Notes under the pieces: generated by a model | What the model saw: only the letters and a program-made list of their open reading frames with translations | What the model was told of the DNA's origin: nothing | The model's database searches: none | Translations under genes and position numbers: made by a program | Origin: Pseudomonadota bacterium | GTDB lineage: Bacteria > Desulfobacterota > Desulfarculia > Adiutricales > JAGVGV01 | NCBI GenBank assembly: GCA_043806915.1 | Contig: JAZDGM010000024.1 | Span: 31,240-95,239, forward strand | Reading direction: 5' to 3' | Length of the DNA stretch: 64,000 nt | Shown: positions 45,974 to 52,849 of the stretch, piece after piece | How the letters are laid out: every line of letters begins with the position of its first letter | How positions within the stretch are numbered: position 1 is the stretch's first letter

Positions 45974-47035
45974 TTGGCGACAGGAAAACATATTGTGATT
46001 GACCTCGAAAAATTCAACGAACTGTTCCATGTTCCCCCGGCCATGAGAAAATATATCAAGCTGGTGGTCGAACCGCGGGAAATGGAACTGATTCTGGCCC
46101 TGAACGGCGAGACTCTCGACCCGCCGGAAATCGCCCGCCGCCTTGGCCTGCCGGTGGAGGAAGCCGCGGCCTTCCTTGCGCGCTCCTACGAACGCCACGT
46201 AACCACCAAGATCGTGGGCGGGGAAAAAGTCGGCTATGTCTTCGACTACGTGGACGAAACGGGACGGGAAATCCGTTATGCCCCGGCCAAGTTCTACGAC
46301 CGCCTCGACCCGCTGACCATGAACGAAAACTGGACCGATATTCCCGAGGATGTCCGCAAGGAAATTAGCGAGTGGTGGCTGACGGAATATATCGCCAAGG
46401 TCCGGCCCATAGTGGAAAAGATCAAGGAAGACCCGGAAGCCTATTTTCAGATAAAACAGAAGGACTTCCTGTTGGTGGAACAAGCCCTGGAACAGGTGGA
46501 GGCCGCCGAGTTTCACGTGGTGGTCAACTGCGACTGCCGGTCCAGCGAATTGGCTTGCAATCATATGAAGGAAGGCTGCATCCGGTTCGACGACGGGGCC
46601 AGGTACACCGTGGGGCGAGGCCTGGGGCGCGTCCTGACCAAGGACGAGTGCAAAAAGCTGGTCCTGGAAACGGACCGCGACGGCTTGATGCACATCGGCG
46701 CCCTGGGCTGGAAGGAACATGGCCTGTTCGGGTTCTGCAACTGCTGCACCTGCTGCTGTTTCCCCCTCAGGACCGCGGAAAGGCTGCATAGCCAAAAACA
46801 ATACCCCCGCTCCCATTACCTCGCCGTTCGAGACCTGGAAAAATGCATCCACTGCGGGTTATGCACCAAGCGGTGCCAGTTCCACGCCTTTTTTAAGGGC
46901 GAGGACAAACTGGAAATCAAGGGTAAACTGAGGACCAGGGTGCTCTTCGATCCGGAAAAATGCTATGGCTGCGGACTCTGCGCCTCGGCCTGCCCCCAAG
47001 GCGCCATTGTCATGAAAAAGTTGGAACAAGGCTAG
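45974..47035 (+). CDS. Cys-rich iron-sulfur protein (wHTH-like N-terminus, CNCCTCCC cluster, 2x[4Fe-4S] ferredoxin motifs)
   Basis: CIHCGLCTKRCQ and CYGCGLCASACP ferredoxin motifs. Additional Cys clusters NCDCRSSELACNHMKEGC and GFCNCCTCCCFP. Start codon uncertain (TTG at 45974 or GTG at 45995). Confidence 0.7.
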   Translation: MATGKHIVIDLEKFNELFHVPPAMRKYIKLVVEPREMELILALNGETLDPPEIARRLGLPVEEAAAFLARSYERHVTTKIVGGEKVGYVFDYVDETGREIRYAPAKFYDRLDPLTMNENWTDIPEDVRKEISEWWLTEYIAKVRPIVEKIKEDPEAYFQIKQKDFLLVEQALEQVEAAEFHVVVNCDCRSSELACNHMKEGCIRFDDGARYTVGRGLGRVLTKDECKKLVLETDRDGLMHIGALGWKEHGLFGFCNCCTCCCFPLRTAERLHSQKQYPRSHYLAVRDLEKCIHCGLCTKRCQFHAFFKGEDKLEIKGKLRTRVLFDPEKCYGCGLCASACPQGAIVMKKLEQG

Positions 47036-47143
47036 GCGCGCCTCCCCGCGGCCATGACGCCGGCGCCCAAGCCCGAGAGGGGAGACCCCGGCCGGGGAAG
47101 CGCCGGGGCCCTCGTTTAGCCAAGGCGGAGATGGTGAGCCCGA

Positions 47144-47857
47144 ATGATAATATCCGTGGAAAAAGCGGTCACCGCCCAAAACGACCTGATCGCCGCGCGA
47201 CTCCGGGAAAGGCTCGGGGACGAAAAAGTCTTCTGCCTCAATCTTATCGCCGCTCCGGGAGCGGGCAAGACGTCCCTGATAGAAAAAACCATCGCGGGCT
47301 TGGGCGGCCGATTCGGAATACTGGTGGTGGAAGGCGACCCGCGCACCAGCCTCGACGGCGACCGGGTCACGGCCGCCGGGGCCCGGGCCTTTCAGATCAA
47401 CACCCTCGGCGGATGCCACCTCGACGCCCGCATGGTCCAGGTCGAGCTAGACCGGGCGGACCTTGGCGCGGTGGACCTGCTGATTATCGAGAATATCGGC
47501 AACCTGCTCTGCCCCGCCGCCTGGGACCTCGGCGAGGATGTTCGCGTGGTGGTCTCCAGTCTGCCGGAAGGCGCGGACAAGCCGCTCAAATACCCGGAAA
47601 CCTTCAGCCTAGCCCAGGTCCTGGTCATTAACAAGATTGACCTGGGTCCTTTTCTGCCGGTGAAGGCGGCCGATATCCGCGCCGCCGCCCTGCGGGTCAA
47701 CCCCGGACTGGAAGTTTTCGAGGTTTCCTGCCTGACCGGCGCCGGGCTCGACCAGTGGTTGACCTGGCTAGGGGACCGCGTCGGTCAAAAAATGGCCGAA
47801 CTAGGCCCGAAAGACCCCTTACCCCGATCCGGCCCATCGCGAGACCCGCTAGGGTAG
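47144..47857 (+). CDS. hypB: Hydrogenase nickel-incorporation GTPase HypB
   Basis: P-loop AAPGAGKTSL, ENIGNLLCPAAWDLGE, and NKIDL. Confidence 0.9.
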   Translation: MIISVEKAVTAQNDLIAARLRERLGDEKVFCLNLIAAPGAGKTSLIEKTIAGLGGRFGILVVEGDPRTSLDGDRVTAAGARAFQINTLGGCHLDARMVQVELDRADLGAVDLLIIENIGNLLCPAAWDLGEDVRVVVSSLPEGADKPLKYPETFSLAQVLVINKIDLGPFLPVKAADIRAAALRVNPGLEVFEVSCLTGAGLDQWLTWLGDRVGQKMAELGPKDPLPRSGPSRDPLG

Positions 47858-47957
47858 GGGCGGGTTGGGCCGTCTCGGCCTAACCCACCGGTTTACCAGC
47901 TTGTTTTTGTAGGTTTTTTTCTTCGGCCCGATTAAAATTGCCGAATAAGGCCATCCG

Positions 47958-48335
47958 ATGCACGAAATGCCCTTTACCCAAGCCTTGATCGAACTCGCCC
48001 TGGATAAGGCCGAAGGGAAAAAAATTCTAAAAATACACCTCCGGGTCGGTTGGCTGAGCTCCATTGTCCCCGAGTCTGTTCAAGTCTTTTTCGATCATTT
48101 AAGCCGAGACACCTTGGCCGAGGGCGCGGCCCTGGATTTCGAATTCGTCCCCATCAGCCTGGCCTGCCAAGCCTGCGGCCGGGTCCTGGACCTGCCCTAC
48201 CAACCGTCCCGAAACCCCAGGCAGGCCCTGGCCCAGGCCTTCCGGGACGGCTGTCCCTGCGGCGCCGGTAAATTGTCCCTGGCCGGAGGCCTGGGTTTCG
48301 ACGTCGCCGGAGTGGAAATCGAGGACTCCGTCTGA
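47958..48335 (+). CDS. hypA: Hydrogenase nickel-insertion protein HypA
   Basis: N-terminal MHE nickel-site motif. Zinc-site cysteines CQAC ... CPCG. 125 aa. Confidence 0.85.
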   Translation: MHEMPFTQALIELALDKAEGKKILKIHLRVGWLSSIVPESVQVFFDHLSRDTLAEGAALDFEFVPISLACQACGRVLDLPYQPSRNPRQALAQAFRDGCPCGAGKLSLAGGLGFDVAGVEIEDSV

Positions 48336-48369
48336 AAACCCCGCCGAGCCGGGCCGAGGACTGATCTGT

Positions 48370-48738
48370 TCAGGCGAAAATATCCGAGGGGATGTAGGGA
48401 TGGGTCCCCTCGTAAACCGGAATTCCGGCCTTGGCCTTGATCTTGGCGATGATGACGGCGGCATGCGGACAGTGATCCACCAGGCAGGGTCCCAGGTGGA
48501 CGGCCGTGGGCTTTTCATTCATCGGGGCGTTCCAGAGCTTGAGCTGGGCCAGGCGAGTGACGATAGTAGCGCCGGGACAGTCCCCGCAATTCAACAACCC
48601 CATTATTTGGGCGTCCGGAGCGTCTTTGTACCTTGAAAACGTCCCTTCCCGGCGGTTGAAGCCCACAAAACATCGCGAACACCCGATGCAAACGTCGTCC
48701 ATGGCCTTTTTACAGCCGATGATGAGAATTTTTTCCAT
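48370..48738 (-). CDS. CGGC-domain protein
   Basis: MEKILIIGCKKAMDDVCIGCSRCF ... LLNCGDCPG ... GPCLVDHCPH Cys pattern. GGAGG lies 8 nt upstream of the ATG at 48738. The longer ORF to 48936 runs into the repeat region. Confidence 0.75.
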   Translation of the reverse strand: MEKILIIGCKKAMDDVCIGCSRCFVGFNRREGTFSRYKDAPDAQIMGLLNCGDCPGATIVTRLAQLKLWNAPMNEKPTAVHLGPCLVDHCPHAAVIIAKIKAKAGIPVYEGTHPYIPSDIFA

Positions 48739-48874
48739 TTTAAGGCCTCCAATTTTTTTACTAATTTTCTTTAAACAAGGCCAAAAAATCAAGAAAAAAA
48801 TCGCAATTCCTTTTTCCCTGTCAGCGGCCAGGTGAAAATGCAAGGAAAAGGGCCAAATGAAAATGAGTGCGGCT

Positions 48875-48926
48875 GTTTCCCAAGCTAGAGCCTGGGAAAC
48901 AGATAATATTGGATGTCTTTTAAAAA
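48875..48926. repeat. P1-variant hairpin plus ATATTGGATGTCT box (direct copy of 21027-21073)
   Basis: GTTTCCCAAGCTAGAGCCTGGGAAACagataATATTGGATGTCT here, versus GGTTCCCAAGCTAGAGCTTGGGAACCagcggATATTGGATGTCT at 21.03 kb. Confidence 0.7.
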
Positions 48927-48949
48927 AGTCTCCCACGAAACCATTTGCT

Positions 48950-49206
48950 GGTTCCCAAGCTCTAGCTTGGGAACCCGGGAAGGGGAAGCTCTAGCTTCCC
49001 GACTTTATCCGGAAAGCAACCAAGGGGAATCAACGCGGCGTTTCAATTCCGTAGTCTTGGCGCGGCGGTGAAGGTATCGATATTAGTCGGTTTGAAATTT
49101 CATCCGTCTCGTTGAACCCATGCCTGAAGGCTCGCCGGGCAAGGTCTCTCCCCTGGCCGGCGATTATGGGCGGTGGCGGGGTAGCAACATCTCTAGAGTG
49201 AGGAAG
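48950..49206. repeat. Right arm of the ~256 bp inverted repeat (partner 20797-21052)
   Basis: Begins with P1 (48950-48975) and P2 (48982-49001). The reverse complement aligns along its whole length with 20797-21052. Confidence 0.85.
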
Positions 49207-49218
49207 CTGGAGCTTCCC

Positions 49219-49545
49219 TGGCCGAGGTTCCCAAGCTAGAGCTTGGGAACCAGCCCTACTCATTTTCAACCGGTCGCTGATATCCGCCTTGACGTATGGT
49301 TCATATTTCATAAAAATCGGATGTCCTGTTTATAATGTTGGATGTCCTTCAAAAAGAAAGAAAGCACTGGCCGAGGTTCCCAAGCTAGAGATTGGGAACC
49401 AGCCCTACTCATTTTCAACCGGTCGCTGATATCCGCCTTGACGTAAGATTCATATTTCATAAAAACCGGATATCCTGTTTACAATGTTGGGTGTCCTTAC
49501 TTGAAGTGTTCGAAAAGAAAGCATTTAAAATTGGATGTCCTTAAT
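49219..49545. repeat. Tandem direct repeat, 149 bp period (2 full units plus a partial), each unit carrying a P1 hairpin and GGATGTCCT boxes
   Basis: Unit 1 starts at 49219 and unit 2 at 49368, both as tggccgaggttcccaagctagag.ttgggaaccagccctactcattttcaaccggtcgctgatatccgccttgacgta... A third partial copy ends with aaaattggatgtcctt near 49540. Confidence 0.85.
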
Positions 49546-49571
49546 AGAAAGCGCGGTAATGCTCCGCTTGG

Positions 49572-49587
49572 GGGCCGGAAGGTTGCA
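49572..49587 (+). promoter_or_regulatory. Weak candidate sigma54 (-24/-12) promoter
   Basis: gGGCCGGaaggTTGCA has the GG-N10-GC spacing of TGGCAC-N5-TTGCW. It lies about 145 nt upstream of the NifX-like gene. Confidence 0.25.
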
Positions 49588-49732
49588 AAAACGCCACGCC
49601 CGGGGTCGGTTTTTCGCGGTCAACCGAACCCCGCGCTAGGCGGCGCCTCCTTGTGGTCAGGAGGCGGCCCGTAATTAGGGGTTGGCACGATGGTTGCTCC
49701 TTCAACTGGAGAAATCGGACGGGGGTCTGAAC

Positions 49733-50302
49733 ATGAAAGCAGGCTTTGCCGCTTGGGAAAACCGCGTCGCCCCGGTCTTCGACGTGGCGCGCGAGATAAT
49801 TCTAATGGAGACCGAAAACGGCCAGGTAGTCGGCCGGCGGTCCGAGTCCCTGGCGGAAACAGAGCCGATGGAGAGGGCCCGGCGGCTGGAAGCCCTGGGA
49901 GTGGAAATACTGGTTTGCGGGGCCATATCCCGTTTTGTGGAGGAAGTTATTGCTTCCAGGGGCATTCGGGTTATATCCTTTGTGGCGGGAGAGTTGCCGG
50001 AGGTTATCCGGGCCTGGCTGGAAGACGGCCTGGACGACGGTCGGTTCGCCATGCCGGGCAGTTTGGGGCGAAGGTGGGGCGGGACCGGCGGAAAGCATCG
50101 GGCCGGCGGACCGGTTGCGGCCGACCCGGGACAACCCGGGTGCGGCGCCGGGAGCGGACGACGCGGACGAGGCGGCGGCCGGATTGATCGTTCCGGTTAC
50201 TGCGAATGCCCTCGCTGCGGGTTGCGGGAACCCCATGAACGTGGTCTCCCGTGCGTCGAGAGACTTTGTCCTCGCTGCGGCGTGGCCTTGGCGAGGGTTT
50301 GA
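49733..50302 (+). CDS. NifX/NifB-like (dinitrogenase FeMo-cofactor-binding fold) protein fused to a Gly/Arg-rich linker and C-terminal zinc ribbon
   Basis: MKAGFAAWENRVAPVFDVAREIILMETENG ... LGVEILVCGAISRF matches the NifX/NifB C-terminal-domain pattern. The C-terminus reads CECPRCGLREPHERGLPCVERLCPRCG. Confidence 0.78.
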   Translation: MKAGFAAWENRVAPVFDVAREIILMETENGQVVGRRSESLAETEPMERARRLEALGVEILVCGAISRFVEEVIASRGIRVISFVAGELPEVIRAWLEDGLDDGRFAMPGSLGRRWGGTGGKHRAGGPVAADPGQPGCGAGSGRRGRGGGRIDRSGYCECPRCGLREPHERGLPCVERLCPRCGVALARV

Positions 50303-50451
50303 TCCATGTCCCGGTAAAACGCCCGGGCCGGCGAGGCGTTTTGTTACTGTCGGAAGCCGTCCGCCCGTTGGCGGCGGGATTACCATGAAGACATCGATAT
50401 CTGTCCCGAAACGGCGCGCGGTTGTTTTGGAGGCAGGGACGGAGGCAAGGC

Positions 50452-51354
50452 ATGATTCTCGCGGTGGCGTCGGGAAAGGGCGGGACCGGGAAAACCACCC
50501 TGGCGGTGAACCTGGCCAAGGTATTCGGAGCAAAAGTCGGGCTGTTCGACTGCGATGTCGAGGAACCGAACGCCGACCTTTTTTTGAAGGGAAAACTGTT
50601 GACGCGGGAGGTCGCCTCCATTTCGATACCCGAGGTCGACGAAGCGTTGTGCGACGCCTGCGGGGAGTGCGGGCGGTTCTGCCAATTCAACGCCATCGTC
50701 TCCCTGCAAAGCTCGCCCCTGGTTTTTCCGGAGCTTTGCCATGGCTGCGGCGGCTGCACCCTGGTCTGCCCGCAAAAGGCCATTAAAGAAACCGACCAGC
50801 GGATCGGCGTGGTGGAAACCCTGGATGTCGGCGACGGCGTCACCCTGGTGCAAGGGCGGCTGGACGTGGGCGTGGCCATGGCGCCACCCCTGATTCGGGC
50901 GGTCAAGGCGCGCCTGGGGGACGAGACCGACGCGATTTTGGACGCCCCGCCGGGAACATCCTGTCCGGTGATAGCCACGATTCGTGGGGCGGACGCGGTT
51001 ATCCTGGTCACGGAACCGACGCCGTTCGGACTTTACGATTTGATCCTGGCCGTGGAGATGGTCCGGGAACTGGGACGGCCCTTTGGAGTGGTAATCAACC
51101 GGGTGGGGAGCGGCGACGGGCGGGTCCACGATTACTGTCACCGGGAAAAAATCGATATTCTCCTGGAGCTGCCGGACGACCGGCGGATCGCCGAGGCCTA
51201 TTCGCGAGGGCGGCTCATAGTGGAGGCCTTGCCGGAATACCGGGTCGATTTCGAGGGCCTTTTAGTCAAACTCAGGGAGCTGGCCCGCGCCGGGGGGCCG
51301 AACTTGGCGTCGAAAGAGGGAAAAATGAATAATGAACAAACGAGGCCGGCATGA
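50452..51354 (+). CDS. MinD/Mrp-superfamily P-loop ATPase with inserted 2x[4Fe-4S] ferredoxin domain (copy 1)
   Basis: Deviant Walker A ASGKGGTGKTT. CDACGECGRFC and CHGCGGCTLVCP motifs. Confidence 0.85.
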   Translation: MILAVASGKGGTGKTTLAVNLAKVFGAKVGLFDCDVEEPNADLFLKGKLLTREVASISIPEVDEALCDACGECGRFCQFNAIVSLQSSPLVFPELCHGCGGCTLVCPQKAIKETDQRIGVVETLDVGDGVTLVQGRLDVGVAMAPPLIRAVKARLGDETDAILDAPPGTSCPVIATIRGADAVILVTEPTPFGLYDLILAVEMVRELGRPFGVVINRVGSGDGRVHDYCHREKIDILLELPDDRRIAEAYSRGRLIVEALPEYRVDFEGLLVKLRELARAGGPNLASKEGKMNNEQTRPA

Positions 51355-52226
51355 CCACCGAACTGGTAATCATCAGCGGCAAGGGCGGGACCGGCAAGAC
51401 CAGTCTGACCGCTTCCCTGGCGGTGTTGGCCGAAAAGGCGGTCATAGCCGATTGCGATGTGGACGCCGCGGACCTGCACTTGGTCCTTTCCCCGGTGGTC
51501 CGGGAGCGGCGGGAATTCCGGTCCGGTCGGGAAGCAATTATAATCAGTGAAAAATGTTCGGGCTGCGGGGTCTGCCGGGACCTGTGCCGGTTTGAGGCGG
51601 TGGGCCTCGTCGTCGGGCCGGCCGGCCGGGAAGTCATGGCCGTCGACCCGTTTTCCTGCGAGGGCTGTGGGGTCTGCGTCCGTTTTTGTCCGGAAGAGGC
51701 CATCGCTTTTCCGGAACGGCTTTGCGGCGAATGGATGATATCCTCGACCCGGTGCGGCCCCATGGTTCACGCCCGCCTGGGCGTGGCCGCCGAAAATTCC
51801 GGCAAGCTGGTTTCCACGGTCAGGAGGGAAGCCCGCCGGATCGCGGAAGAGGGCCGCCATCCGCTGATACTGGTCGACGGCCCTCCAGGCGTGGGCTGCC
51901 CGGTGATCGCCTCCGTGACCGGGGCGACCAAGGTCCTGGCCGTCACCGAGCCCACGGTTTCGGGCGAGCACGATCTCGAGCGGGTTCTGGCCCTGACCAG
52001 GCATTTCGGCGTTCCCACCTTGGTCTGTGTCAACAAATGGGATATAAACCCGGACATGGCCGAGCGCATCGAGGTGAAAGCCCGGGAGGCGGGAGCGACA
52101 ATCGCCGGTCGAATTCGGTATGATCGGGAAGTCACCGCCGCCCAGATTCGAAAACAGGCCGTGGTTGAAACCGATTGCCCGGCCGCCGGGGACATCTTGG
52201 CGTTATGGCGAAATCTGGAGTTGTAG
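51351..52226 (+). CDS. MinD/Mrp-superfamily P-loop ATPase with inserted 2x[4Fe-4S] ferredoxin domain (copy 2)
   Basis: ISGKGGTGKTS. CSGCGVCRDLC and CEGCGVCVRFCP motifs. 4-nt overlap with copy 1. Confidence 0.85.
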   Translation: MTTELVIISGKGGTGKTSLTASLAVLAEKAVIADCDVDAADLHLVLSPVVRERREFRSGREAIIISEKCSGCGVCRDLCRFEAVGLVVGPAGREVMAVDPFSCEGCGVCVRFCPEEAIAFPERLCGEWMISSTRCGPMVHARLGVAAENSGKLVSTVRREARRIAEEGRHPLILVDGPPGVGCPVIASVTGATKVLAVTEPTVSGEHDLERVLALTRHFGVPTLVCVNKWDINPDMAERIEVKAREAGATIAGRIRYDREVTAAQIRKQAVVETDCPAAGDILALWRNLEL

Positions 52227-52236
52227 GGAATTAGCC

Positions 52237-52623
52237 ATGGAGAAGCTTGATTTTGAATTTTTTAAACCCCTGGCCCAGGACCATGGGGAGAATCCGCGTC
52301 ACCGGGGAGCGTTGGAAATTTTTAACGGCCACGCGAGCCTCAAGGGGGACTGCGGGGATTCCATGAAAATGTGGGTCTTCGTCCAGGACGGCCGCGTGGT
52401 CGGGGCTTCCTTCGACACCGACGGTTGCGGCGCTTCCCGGGCCGCGGGGAGCATGGCGGCCTGCCTGGCCCGCGGGTTGACCGTGGAAGAGGCGGCCCGC
52501 CTGCGTCAGATCGATATTTTGAACGCCCTAGGCGGCCTGCCCGAGGAATCGGAGCACTGCGCGTTTCTGGCGGCCGAAACCCTGAACCGGGCCTGCCGGG
52601 ATTATTTGAAAACCCAGCCTTGA
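52237..52623 (+). CDS. IscU/NifU N-terminal-domain-like Fe-S scaffold protein
   Basis: Three scaffold cysteines in context: GDCGDSM, DTDGCGAS, EHCAFLAAETL. Confidence 0.8.
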   Translation: MEKLDFEFFKPLAQDHGENPRHRGALEIFNGHASLKGDCGDSMKMWVFVQDGRVVGASFDTDGCGASRAAGSMAACLARGLTVEEAARLRQIDILNALGGLPEESEHCAFLAAETLNRACRDYLKTQP

Positions 52624-52849
52624 AGCCGGCCCGGGGCCGTTTGCCGCCGCGCGGCCCCGCGCGCCGGACTTTTTAACTCGTCCGTCGACCCGTTGTGAAA
52701 TTCAGGTTGCAAAATACTTGTTCCGCTTGTTAACCCGGGCCCAAGGGTCTAAGCTGGGTCCACGAGCGGCGAGGCGCCTCCTGGCCTGAAATCAGGTGGA
52801 ACAGCGGGCCGGAGGCTTCGCCGCGGTTGTCGAAAAAGGGAGACGGGAC

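Noticed and set aside
20628-49290. Calling the repeat-bracketed 28 kb block a composite transposon or genomic island outright.
   Set aside because: No transposase, integrase, recombinase, direct target duplications or tRNA-adjacent att sites are visible, and base composition looks similar to the flanks by eye. It is kept as a finding about the inverted repeats only.
49219-49545. The tandem repeats near 49.3 kb as a CRISPR array.
   Set aside because: The period is 149 bp with almost the whole unit repeated, so there is no short repeat / unique spacer alternation. Only about 2.3 units are present, and no cas genes are in the window.
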